Notes under the pieces: generated by a model
What the model was told of the DNA's origin: nothing
What the model saw: only the letters and a program-made list of their open reading frames with translations
Databases searched by the model: none
Position numbers and translations under genes: made by a program
Source of the DNA: Methanomicrobiales archaeon
GTDB lineage: Archaea > Halobacteriota > Methanomicrobia > Methanomicrobiales > JACTUA01
NCBI GenBank assembly: GCA_030019205.1
Contig: JASEFH010000006.1
Coordinates: forward strand, 22,536 to 86,535
Reading direction: 5' to 3'
Length of the DNA stretch: 64,000 nt
In this document: one piece after another, positions 29,442 through 38,513 of the stretch
Numbering within the stretch: position 1 is the stretch's first letter
Layout: every line of letters starts with the position of its first letter

Positions 29442-30329
29442 TCACGTGCCGATTTTCACGAGCATCTCCTCGAGGCTCGGGTAGCGGGACTCGATCCGCT
29501 CGACCGTCCCGCCCATCTCTGCGATCTCTGCCGTGATCCGGTTCATCCCGGCGATATCCGAAGCCTCTGCGCGGTAGAGGCCCCCGTCCCGCACGGCGGG
29601 GAATCCGCCCCTCGCCGCCTCGACCGCCGTCCCGTAGAAGAAGATCCGGTAGGTGATGGATCCGAACCGCTCCCGCAGCTCCTGCATGCTCCCGCAGGCC
29701 ACCGCCTTCCCCCTGCGGAGGATCATCACGGTGTCGCAGATCTCCTCCACCTGGTGAAGGTTGTGGGCGGAGAGAACGATGGTCTTCCCCTCCCGCCGCA
29801 GATTCCCGAGATACTCGAGAATATCGCGCGAGGTCATGGGATCGAGCCCCGACGTGGGCTCGTCGTAGACGAGGAGGCGGGGATCGTGCAGGAGGGAGCG
29901 GGCGATGGCAACCTTCCTCCGCATGCCCTTGGAGAGCGCCTGAATCTTCCTGCCGTCGGGCTCGAGGGAGAGCGTCCGCAGGAGATCCCGCGATCTTCTC
30001 TCGATACCGGCTGCATCCATGCCGTATATCTCGCCGAAGAACCTCAGGTAGGCCGGAACGGTCATGGTCTCGTACAGCCGGGACTCCTCCGGAAGGTAGC
30101 CCAGCCGCCGTTTCAGTTCCAGCGGCTGCCGCAGCACGTCGATGCCGTCCACGACGAGCCGGCCGGCAGTAGGGGTGATGAGACCGGAGAGGATCTTCAA
30201 TAATGTTGTCTTGCCGGCCCCGTTGTGCCCGATGACACCGAAGATCGCCGATTCCCCGATCTCGAAGCTGACGTCGTCGAGGGCGGCAAACCCGTCGTAC
30301 TCCTTCCTGAGGGAGCCGGCGCGGATCAT
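29442..30329 (-). CDS. ABC transporter ATP-binding protein (NatA-like)
   Basis: Walker A GHNGAGKTT, signature LSKGMRRKV, Walker B LLVYDEPTSGLD. Confidence 0.92.
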   Translation of the reverse strand: MIRAGSLRKEYDGFAALDDVSFEIGESAIFGVIGHNGAGKTTLLKILSGLITPTAGRLVVDGIDVLRQPLELKRRLGYLPEESRLYETMTVPAYLRFFGEIYGMDAAGIERRSRDLLRTLSLEPDGRKIQALSKGMRRKVAIARSLLHDPRLLVYDEPTSGLDPMTSRDILEYLGNLRREGKTIVLSAHNLHQVEEICDTVMILRRGKAVACGSMQELRERFGSITYRIFFYGTAVEAARGGFPAVRDGGLYRAEASDIAGMNRITAEIAEMGGTVERIESRYPSLEEMLVKIGT

Positions 30330-30409
30330 CGGTCTAGATTATTTTCATATGCATTTAATATAGTTTATTATTACCACAACTGAACAATTTCACCGGATAT
30401 CAATTTATC

Positions 30410-32218
30410 ATGGGTGCAATCTCCTCCATCCTGACGATCGCCCGCTGGGAGGTCGGCCGATCGCTGGCCGCCATGAGCCGGAACGTGCTGCCGGTATCGG
30501 GAGTCCTCCTCCTGGCTCTCGTTCTGGTGAGCGGATTTGCCGCACAGGGCGGAGTGCACCTGCAGGACGGCATCTACCGGGCAGGCGTGGACGATCCGGA
30601 GCACTACGCGATCCTCGCCGCCGACGGGCGATTTGACGTGGATCTGGCGGGGGGGGACGTGCTGCTCCGCCAGAGGGAGTCCTACGATCTCGTCGTCGTG
30701 GCCGGGGAGGTGCTCTCCAGGGACACGGAGAAGGGCAGGGCTGCACTGCAGGCGCTCGAGCGCGACTATGACCGCTACGCCGCATCCGTCTACATGCAGC
30801 AGGAGGATCTCTTCGCCGCCTACCCTCTCTGGGTCGAGAGGGAGTACGTCGAGAGCGAACTGAGCTTCCCGGCAACGGCGGGCGGGCGGATCCCGGGAGC
30901 ATCCTCCGGCAGAGAGCGGGATCCGGCACCCGAGTGGGCGGTGGTGGAGGTGCCTGCCCCTCCGCCGACCCTGGGCTTCACGGAGGCGGAGCTCCGCAGC
31001 GAACTTGCCCGGGGAGCGACAGCGGACGACTCCTTCGAACGCTATACGCAGGTTCTCTCGAGAGATAGGACGCTCGAAGGCTGCACGATTCCCGCACTGG
31101 TATCCCCCTCCCTCCCCTTCGACACGATCGTCCTCGTTTTCGTCTTCATCTTCCCCCTGTACTTCGTCTCCCAGTTCTGCATGATGAGCGTCATGAACGA
31201 GCGGGTGGAGAGGAAGGGGGAGGTGCTGCTCTCCGCCCCGCTCCGCCCCTCCCAGATCGTCGCGGGCAAGCTGCTCCCCTACCTTCTCGCCATGATCCTG
31301 GTCTCCCTGGCCCTCATCCTGGCGCTGGGTGCGCCGCTCTCCGTCCTCCTGCCGCTCCTGCCCGTCATGCTCCTCTTCCTGGCAAGCGCACTCCTGATCG
31401 GGATGCTGTCCCGGAGTTTCAAGGAACTCTCGTTTGTCTCCATCTTCTTCTCGACGATTGCCACCGCGTATATCTTTTTCCCCACGGTATTCGCCCACGT
31501 CCATGCGATCAGCCTCATCTCCCCGCTGACGCTGGTGGTGCTCGGGCTGCAGGGCGAGGGGTTCGGCCCAGCGGACTACTTCTACGCAACCGCCCTCTTC
31601 TATCTCACCGGTGCCGCCCTTCTCTACGTGGGTGTCGCCAACTTCCACGAGGAGCGGCTGTTCGGACAGTCGGGTTTTCTCTCGCGGGCGAGGGAGTTCG
31701 TCGATTCGAGCCTCTCGAGAGAGCGGCCGCTGGCATCTCTCCTCCTGCTGAACATTCTCCTGATCCCGTTCGTCTTCATGGTCCAGATGATGGAGCTCGT
31801 CCTCTTCTTCAACCTCCCCATGCCGCTGTCCCTGCTGCTCCTGATCCTCTGTGCAGCCTTCACCGAGGAGGTCGCCAAATCGATCGGCCTCTACACCCTC
31901 TTCCGCCGGGAGGGATGCGGAACACCGGTTAACACGCTTCTTCTGGCCTGCATCGCGACGGCGCTCGGATTTCTCGCCGGCGAGAAGCTGCTGCTCTTTG
32001 CCATGCTCGCCCAGATCACGCACTCGATCTTCGGGAGCATCCTCTTCTCCTCCCTGCAGGTGCTCTGGTGGCCTCTCCTGCTCCACCTCACCGCCACCGG
32101 GATCGTTGCCATCGCCCTGAAATTCACGGGAACCCGCGGCTACATCCCGGGCATCCTCCTGGCGACGGCCGTGCACAGCCTCTACAACCTGCGCCTCATC
32201 GCGGGGTGGATCGGGTGA
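30410..32218 (+). CDS. ABC-2 type permease fused to a C-terminal PrsW-like intramembrane protease domain
   Basis: An N-terminal TM is followed by a ~200-aa loop and an ABC-2 core (SVMNERVERKGEVLLSAPLRPSQIVAGKLLPYL). The C-terminal ~135 aa carry FTEEVAKS (EExxK), LGFLAGEK and AVHSLYN (HxxxN). Confidence 0.7.
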   Translation: MGAISSILTIARWEVGRSLAAMSRNVLPVSGVLLLALVLVSGFAAQGGVHLQDGIYRAGVDDPEHYAILAADGRFDVDLAGGDVLLRQRESYDLVVVAGEVLSRDTEKGRAALQALERDYDRYAASVYMQQEDLFAAYPLWVEREYVESELSFPATAGGRIPGASSGRERDPAPEWAVVEVPAPPPTLGFTEAELRSELARGATADDSFERYTQVLSRDRTLEGCTIPALVSPSLPFDTIVLVFVFIFPLYFVSQFCMMSVMNERVERKGEVLLSAPLRPSQIVAGKLLPYLLAMILVSLALILALGAPLSVLLPLLPVMLLFLASALLIGMLSRSFKELSFVSIFFSTIATAYIFFPTVFAHVHAISLISPLTLVVLGLQGEGFGPADYFYATALFYLTGAALLYVGVANFHEERLFGQSGFLSRAREFVDSSLSRERPLASLLLLNILLIPFVFMVQMMELVLFFNLPMPLSLLLLILCAAFTEEVAKSIGLYTLFRREGCGTPVNTLLLACIATALGFLAGEKLLLFAMLAQITHSIFGSILFSSLQVLWWPLLLHLTATGIVAIALKFTGTRGYIPGILLATAVHSLYNLRLIAGWIG

Positions 32219-33273
32219 ACGGAAACCACGTCTGGATCATCGTCCGAAAGGAGCTCCGCGGGCTGTACAGCGAGAAGACGATCATCCTCGCCATCTTCCT
32301 CCAGCTCTTCGTCGCCATGTTCTCCGCCTTCCTGATGGTGGGATTGACCGCGATGTACGATCCTGCCGCCATCTCCCGCTTCTCCACGGCCGAGTACGGC
32401 GTCGGCTACGCGGGCAGCGACTCCGCGTTGCTGGAATACCTGGAGGAGAGCCCCGACTTCCGCGTGTACCGCATGGATCTGTCGGAGGCGGTCGCGAGTC
32501 TGAAAGAGCGGAAGGTGTCTGCCGTGCTGTACGTGCCGGACACCCCGCCGCAGTCGGACGATCCCGTGAAGGTCACCCTGTACCTCATCCAGAACGATCT
32601 CCAGACGGCCGTCATCGAGACGAAGTTGCGGGACGTGCTCGTGAAGTTCGAAGACGACCTGCGGGCCGCCCGGGCTGACCGCCTGGACACCCGCCCCGCG
32701 GAGCTGCACCTGCCGCCCGCCCGCCCGGGCGGGGGATTCTTCGAGTTCGTCTACGGCCTCCTGGTCCCGCTGCTCGTCTTCCTCCCGGCCATCGTCGCAT
32801 CCGCTCTGGTGATCGACCTGATCACGGAGGAGTTCCAGTACCGCACGCTGGAGACCCTGGTCTCGACGCCGATCTCGTTCCGCGAGATCGTCGCCGGCAA
32901 GATCCTCGCCTGCGAACTCCTCGTTCCCCTCCAGGGCGGGGCCTGGCTCCTGCTTCTCTCTGCAAACGGCATCCCCGTCCTCCACGTCCCGGAGATCCTG
33001 CTCCACGCGAGCGCGGCATCCCTGATCCTCATTCTGCTGGCCGCGATCGCCGCGCTCCACTACCGGGAGCGGAGCGATGCCCAGTTCGTCTTCTCGGCCG
33101 CGCTCGTGGTGGTGCTGCTGCTCGTCCTCGCCCTTCCGGGCAATCCTCTCGCCATTCTCGCACGTCTGGCGGTGGGGGCGGCGGGGGCGGAGCACTGGCT
33201 GTCCCTCGCGGTGCTCCTCCTCTGCAGCGGTGCGCTCGCGGCCATCGTGCACCATCGTACGAGATCGGGGTAG
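32215..33273 (+). CDS. ABC-2 type permease (NatB-like)
   Basis: GTG 32215 overlaps the upstream stop (GTGA). The sequence is VNGNHVWIIVRKELRGLYSEKTIILAIFLQLFVAMF... with multiple TM helices. Confidence 0.8.
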   Translation: MNGNHVWIIVRKELRGLYSEKTIILAIFLQLFVAMFSAFLMVGLTAMYDPAAISRFSTAEYGVGYAGSDSALLEYLEESPDFRVYRMDLSEAVASLKERKVSAVLYVPDTPPQSDDPVKVTLYLIQNDLQTAVIETKLRDVLVKFEDDLRAARADRLDTRPAELHLPPARPGGGFFEFVYGLLVPLLVFLPAIVASALVIDLITEEFQYRTLETLVSTPISFREIVAGKILACELLVPLQGGAWLLLLSANGIPVLHVPEILLHASAASLILILLAAIAALHYRERSDAQFVFSAALVVVLLLVLALPGNPLAILARLAVGAAGAEHWLSLAVLLLCSGALAAIVHHRTRSG

Positions 33274-33416
33274 AAGGGAAGGGATGCGGATCTGCATTCC
33301 CCATGGCCGGCCGAGCGTCTCGCGGATGGCCCGGCGGCGACGGACGGCCGCAGGGGGATGCAGGGCTACTCTTTTATAGCTGCCGAACCATCCCGTGCCT
33401 GCGGGAGAGAGCACCC

Positions 33417-33803
33417 ATGGCAAATGCTGAGGTAACGGATGCATGGATGGGCGGGGCTGCGGACAAGAAACAGAGACTGTCGGGGACCGTCCCAAAGGAG
33501 AGTCTGAACAAAGTATTCTACAGCGTCCGGGGAACGCTCCCGGCGAACACCCCTGTCCTGAAACTCGTCGTCGGGGTCCTGGTGGACGGCAAGCTCGTCA
33601 CGACGGGGACGATCGACATCACGAAGAAGGATTCCGGCAGGGAGAATCCCTACTGGTTCCGGTATCCGGAGGAGAGGAAGACGCCGGGGGCGCATACCGT
33701 CCAGTTTGGCATCGGCACAGCGGACGACGTCGACGAGAAGACCCGCGCCGTGAAGGCCTGGTCGCAGGGGATGTCCGCCCCCTATCCGTTCACGATCCAG
33801 TGA
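33417..33803 (+). CDS. Hypothetical protein (128 aa)
   Basis: ORF 33303..33803 trimmed to ATG 33417 (MANAEVTDAWMGG...). Codon usage resembles the neighbours. I recognise no motif. Confidence 0.5.
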   Translation: MANAEVTDAWMGGAADKKQRLSGTVPKESLNKVFYSVRGTLPANTPVLKLVVGVLVDGKLVTTGTIDITKKDSGRENPYWFRYPEERKTPGAHTVQFGIGTADDVDEKTRAVKAWSQGMSAPYPFTIQ

Positions 33804-34183
33804 CAGGGGCGGATCCGGCGGGGGGATCGGTGCTGCGGCAGGCAGCCGTAACCCTGCAATGGTTCGGCGCAGCCAGGGAGACGGGGACCGGGCTCGTTCT
33901 TATCCTTTTCTGCTGTCTCCCGATCCCTCTGCCAGTGGACCCGGTGGGGATGTCAAAGGGAACTCGACCGCCCCCTTGTCCCGGGGATCAGCACATCCGC
34001 ACCGGAATGCCGTTAGAACTGCCCGTTGGAACGAGAATGATGCTCCACGCGATCCACCCGGACGACGGGCGATCCAGGCCATCATGTACGGCCGTGACGC
34101 GAGGATCGAGATGGACAGGGCAACCTTTGCCTTATTGCCTTGCCGGTATACCGTCGATCGGTGATGAGAACCGGCGGAACCGT

Positions 34184-34193
34184 TTTATATCCC
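34184..34193 (+). promoter_or_regulatory. TATA-like box upstream of the flavodoxin gene
   Basis: ttttatatcc lies 32-41 nt upstream of ATG 34225. Confidence 0.4.
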
Positions 34194-34224
34194 TTTTTCC
34201 CTGTTACATCTCACGGGACAAGGG

Positions 34225-34695
34225 ATGGCCGCACTCATCATCTGCACCTCGGTGCATCACGGGAACACCGCGAAAGTCGCCCGCAGGCTGGCCGACGTGC
34301 TGCAGGCAGATGTGGTGAAGACGGCGGATGCGTCGCAAGACCTGCTCGCACGCTACGATCTCGTCGGGTTCGGGTCCGGCATCTACTTCGGCAGACACCA
34401 TGCGGAGCTGCTGGAATTCGTGGATGCCCTGCCCGACCAGCAGGACAGGCAGGCGTTCATCTTCTCTACCAGCGGCAGAGGAGGGGTGTCGGGGCACCGC
34501 ACGCTCCGGGAGAGGCTGATGGAGAAGGGCTTCCGCGTCATCGGGCAGTTCGCCTGCAAGGGCTACGACACGTACTCCGTCTTCAAACTCATCGGCGGCA
34601 TCAACCGGGGAAGGCCGAACGAACGGGATCTGCAGGATGCAGCCCGGTTCGCGGAGAGCCTGATCCGCCAGGCCGGGGGATTCCGGCCGATCTGA
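34225..34695 (+). CDS. Flavodoxin-family protein
   Basis: MAALIICTSVHHGNTAKVARRLADVL...LVGFGSGIYFGRHH...FIFSTSG is a short-chain flavodoxin-like pattern. Confidence 0.75.
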   Translation: MAALIICTSVHHGNTAKVARRLADVLQADVVKTADASQDLLARYDLVGFGSGIYFGRHHAELLEFVDALPDQQDRQAFIFSTSGRGGVSGHRTLRERLMEKGFRVIGQFACKGYDTYSVFKLIGGINRGRPNERDLQDAARFAESLIRQAGGFRPI

Positions 34696-34761
34696 ACGGC
34701 GCCTGCACGCGGTGCGGATCCGGCGGAGCGCGGTCATCCCATCCCGCCAGGAACATCGAGG

Positions 34762-35094
34762 ATGAATCGGGAGAACCATACCATGGCAATGGATTCGTCG
34801 GATGCAATCCCGCTGGACTGCCCGCACAGGGAGGCATGCCTGTCCCGGCTGGCCGAGGTCCGGGGGTCGACGCAGGGGATCGACGGCAAGGTGCGGCAGC
34901 TGATCAGCATCGGCATCCAGACCGCCGCCGAGAACCCTGCGGGGGTCCGGTACCATGCCGCCCTCGCCCGGGCGGAGGGTGCAACAGCGGAGGAGATCGT
35001 GGATGCGGTAATCGTTAACCTCCGCACGCAGGATCTCGCCCCGGTGCTGGGGTGCCTCCAGGTGGCCGTGGACGCGCTGGAAGGCCGCCGTTAA
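34762..35094 (+). CDS. Carboxymuconolactone decarboxylase (AhpD-like) family protein
   Basis: IDGKVRQLISIGIQTAAENPAGVRYHAALARAEGATAEEIVDAV is CMD-domain-like. The start could also be an internal Met (MAMDSSD). Confidence 0.65.
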   Translation: MNRENHTMAMDSSDAIPLDCPHREACLSRLAEVRGSTQGIDGKVRQLISIGIQTAAENPAGVRYHAALARAEGATAEEIVDAVIVNLRTQDLAPVLGCLQVAVDALEGRR

Positions 35095-35143
35095 GGGGCA
35101 GCCGGTCCTCCCCGTGCGCGGGCGGGGACCCCGCCAGGGACCT

Positions 35144-35863
35144 TCACCCTGCCGCACCCGGCGTCCAGCCGAGCCGCTCGAACAGCGGGCGGCGGGCGTC
35201 CAGCGGGCGGGCTCCCCGGCGCCGCGGCTGGACCACCAGGGTGATGGCGTTCGAGAGAGGCGTAGCCTCGCCCCCGCAGATGAGGTAACGCGGGTTGAAC
35301 CGGGTCAGGGCCCGTGCAAACGCATCCAGGATGGCATCGCGGCTTTTCAGGTCCTTCCGCGGCAGCGCGATCAGGTGCTCGAAGATGGAGACGTCGAGAA
35401 GCGTGCTCGCGATCCAGTCGATCTCGCAGGTGTACGCGAAGATCCAGGAGATGCGGGACCCCTTCACGGTGCTGGCGAAGTCCTCGTAGTTGGCGCCGAT
35501 GTTGCATGAGCCGATCACGACCCCCTCGATGTTCGAATACTGCGCGACCGACTTCACCTGGGATAGCAGCGTTGATAACTGCATCCCGGTGTTGGACTTG
35601 AGCCCCCCTATCATCCGTGCATACCCGTGGGCTGCAACATAAAGGAAGAGCCGGTCCTCCCGGGTATGCGTCAGGTCGTCTTCGAGAGCCCGCCGAAATC
35701 CGCTTTTTTCGTAGAAGTTGGAGTAGTAGAGGTTGAAATCCCCCCTGTACTTCTCCAGCCCCTCCAGAAACGGCAGGATCGACGGCCGCTTCGGTTTGTC
35801 CTTGGGCGTCCACCACGGCCCTTCCAGGACGAGCAGGGCGGTTCCCCCGGTCGGACTGCTCAT
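35144..35863 (-). CDS. Hypothetical protein with a caspase/CHAT-like His-Gly...Ser-Cys signature
   Basis: ORF 35144..35944, with a likely start at ATG 35863 (MSSPTGGTALLVLEG). A beta-strand followed by HG (RLFLYVAAHGY) is followed ~47 aa later by a beta-strand plus SC (IEGVVIGSCNIG). Confidence 0.55.
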   Translation of the reverse strand: MSSPTGGTALLVLEGPWWTPKDKPKRPSILPFLEGLEKYRGDFNLYYSNFYEKSGFRRALEDDLTHTREDRLFLYVAAHGYARMIGGLKSNTGMQLSTLLSQVKSVAQYSNIEGVVIGSCNIGANYEDFASTVKGSRISWIFAYTCEIDWIASTLLDVSIFEHLIALPRKDLKSRDAILDAFARALTRFNPRYLICGGEATPLSNAITLVVQPRRRGARPLDARRPLFERLGWTPGAAG

Positions 35864-36252
35864 AGGCGGAGTGTAACTGATGCTGTGCCCTGTAGAATAA
35901 CTTTTCGGCCCGGGGTGCCGTCGCACCGTCGATGCATTCGCCACTGCAGATCGACAGCGCTATGGAGGAGTACGGGGAAGATCCAGCGGGGATCCAGGCT
36001 TATCGAGGTGCCGTTGATGCCGCGAGCACGTACAGAGCGGGACCTTCCCAGACAAGCCCGGGTGCGGCAGCCGTTTTTCCCCGATCCCGGAGATACAGCG
36101 GACCTGGATCCGCTCTGGGCCCGCTCGCCGGCGCACGATTTGGCAGGGGAGAATGCCCCCGCCTCAACGCACAGCGGGCGACGGGTTCATTCCGTCCCCT
36201 TCAGGGTCGTGCACCGCCCCGAGGGCATGCTCGAAGGGGAATGTCCTGCGTC

Positions 36253-36747
36253 TCAGGGATGGCGCACGGACAGATTGTCCACGACCTCGATCACGCCCCG
36301 GGCATGTATCGCCGCGTCCAGGGCGGCCCGGTACGCGGTTGCCGTCGGCACCGTCCCGGAGAGCGTCACCACGCGGTCGTTCACCTCCACGTCCACGTCC
36401 CCGATGTCCACGTCGGGGCTCCGCTCGATGGCGACCACCACGTCGGTGCGGATCGCCTGATCGGTGATCGCCTCGACGGGGAGCACCGTGACGTAGTTCT
36501 GGACATCTGCGATCCCCGCGACGCCTCCGGCGATCTCCCCGGCGCGCTTCCGCTTCCAGAGCGCATCGACGAGCCCGTCCAGCCATGCGACGCCCTCGCG
36601 CACGGAGACGCGGATCTCCGAGTCCAGCAGGTCCGGATCGGCGGCGATCCGCTGCTCGATGGACCGTTTTGCCGTTTCGTCGGTCTGAAGGGGAGATGCC
36701 GTGCTGTCCGTCGTTTCCATGGGCTGTCCATGCACCGCCGACTGCAA
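36253..36747 (-). CDS. BON-domain protein (two BON repeats, OsmY-like)
   Basis: IRVSVREGVAWLDGLVDALWKRKRAGEIAGGVAGIADVQNYV and VDVEVNDRVVTLSGTVPTATAYRAALDAAIHARGVIEVVDNL. Alternative start at ATG 36720. Confidence 0.75.
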   Translation of the reverse strand: MQSAVHGQPMETTDSTASPLQTDETAKRSIEQRIAADPDLLDSEIRVSVREGVAWLDGLVDALWKRKRAGEIAGGVAGIADVQNYVTVLPVEAITDQAIRTDVVVAIERSPDVDIGDVDVEVNDRVVTLSGTVPTATAYRAALDAAIHARGVIEVVDNLSVRHP

Positions 36748-36825
36748 AAGGTTTTCCCGGTCCGCACCGTTATCCGCGACGCTGAAAATGGCGATAGTTG
36801 ATCGAGCCCGAACTGAGACGGGTTA

Positions 36826-36897
36826 GGCCAGGGCCGAGATTCGAACCCGGGTCGGGGGATCCACAGTCCCCTAGGATAACCACTACCCTACCCTGGC
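36826..36897 (-). tRNA. tRNA-His (GUG), discriminator C73, no genome-encoded G-1
   Basis: Folded by hand on the minus strand. The acceptor gccaggg pairs with ccctggc. The anticodon stem is gggga/tcccc with loop CTGTGGA (anticodon GTG). The T arm is ccggg-ttcgaat-ctcgg. The discriminator is C. The base 5' of position 1 is T. Confidence 0.88.
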
Positions 36898-37389
36898 AGA
36901 ATGGCCTCATTATTTTTGTACACGCACGTGATTAAAGTATCTCTCTTCCGACCGAACTGACGGGCGGACGCCGGGGGAACGGTCTGGAGAAGCACGTTTC
37001 GGTTCACCCCCTGCCGGCAGGGCTCGCGGTACCGGCCCGCAGCACGATCGCCTCCGATGCAGCATGCCGTATCCCCAGCGATCCTTTCCGAAGTTCAGCC
37101 CGCACCGGGGGACGAGGCTGCCGACCGCTCCGCTGTGCCGCCGATCCCTGGCGGCGAGGGGGCTCTCCCCCGGCGCTGCCGACGGCATCCGCGAACCGGG
37201 GGTGACCGACCCCTGTGCTCGGACCTCTGCGGATGGCGGGCTCCCGGGACCGGCAACCGCGGGAACGATGCAGGGATTCGTCTATCCCCCTGCGGGAGTC
37301 TGCCGGGACGCGCAGCGGGATGATCGCGGCGGGTGCGGACCGCCTGCCGGGGACCCATACAATCGCGCAGGAATCTCTTTCCGCAGCAG

Positions 37390-37821
37390 CTATTCGATCG
37401 TAATCGTGCGGGTCGAGGATGCCAGAACGACGCCGTCCCGGGTCAGCGTGGCGTTGATCGCGTACTCGCCGGAGTAGAGCCCGGCGCAGACGGAGCAGAC
37501 CGGCAGGGTGTAGTCGACGACGAAACTGTTCCGGCCCGCCTGCAGGGTGACGTTCCGCTCCTGGAAGAGACGCAGCCGCCCGTAGTAGTCCTCGATGCCC
37601 TCCACCCTTAGCAGGACTCCATCGGCGGGACCGCTGGCGCTGACGTCGACGGTGATATTCATCCTGTCCTTTGAGTGGTACACGTCCTTATCCGTGGCAA
37701 TGGTGACGGACTCGATGGTGGTTTCGCCGCCCCGGTTCAGGACGCCGGAAAAGACGAGCCCCGAAGCGAGGCCCACGACCGCAAGGATCACGACTGCGGC
37801 GATGATGACCGGATCTTTCAT
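37390..37821 (-). CDS. Membrane-anchored hypothetical protein (N-terminal TM, beta-rich ectodomain)
   Basis: MKDPVIIAAVVILAVVGLASGLVF is a TM/signal anchor. It is followed by a ~115-aa Ig-like-looking domain. Confidence 0.6.
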   Translation of the reverse strand: MKDPVIIAAVVILAVVGLASGLVFSGVLNRGGETTIESVTIATDKDVYHSKDRMNITVDVSASGPADGVLLRVEGIEDYYGRLRLFQERNVTLQAGRNSFVVDYTLPVCSVCAGLYSGEYAINATLTRDGVVLASSTRTITIE

Positions 37822-38170
37822 GCTCAGGTATGGGCCAACAGGGAATTTATAGACATGTCCATTCGGTTGATAAGCAGGGAACCCCGCCCGGCGTTTATCC
37901 GCTCCCCTTCTCGATCCCGTGCCACAGGATCATACTCAGGCATCCTCCGTGGCACATCGCGGCACAGTGCAGTGGCCAGGGACCCACCCGAATATCTTTT
38001 TAGGGTGCGACAACCCGGCGTGGATCTTCTTCCTTTCATCCGTTGCGAATATCACCCTTGAACTTCCCGGATCTTGCCGGAACTACCAGTTTGAACAGAG
38101 AACAGGGCGCCGTTCCATCGACTCTGCCGAAATCCTCATCGGCGCCGACGGTTTTCAGGTATTCTCGCGG

Positions 38171-38325
38171 GAGGGGCCTCGCCCCCCCCCACACTTTCGT
38201 GCGATAGCCCGGATCTGGAGAGGTTTCTGCTCGGGATTCCCTGTCCGCTACGGGCTATCGCACTTTTCCCCTCCCTTCCGAGAGGGAGGGGGCGGCCCTG
38301 AAAGGGCCGCGGGGAGGGGAGGGTT
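38171..38325. repeat. Intergenic repeat family, copy C (rearranged)
   Basis: tgcgatagcc (38200-38209) and ggctatcgca (38253-38262) form an inverted pair. They are flanked by gggaggggcctcgccccccccc and cccctcccttccgagagggagggggcggccctgaaagggccgcggggaggggaggg. The right half aligns with the left half of copy B. Confidence 0.65.
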
Positions 38326-38513
38326 TAAACCCATGTAACCAATAGAATATCCATAGGTGTAAAAATACACCGGGGCGCTTTTCTCATAGGAAAGCCACTC
38401 TGGCTTACCCGTGGCAGGAGCGTGGTTTCTTCGGTGTCTGCGAACAGAAGGTTCATGAGCGGCTGCAGTGCGGTTCAACCGAATGTATTAAAAGGGAGAT
38501 GGTGTGCGGATGC

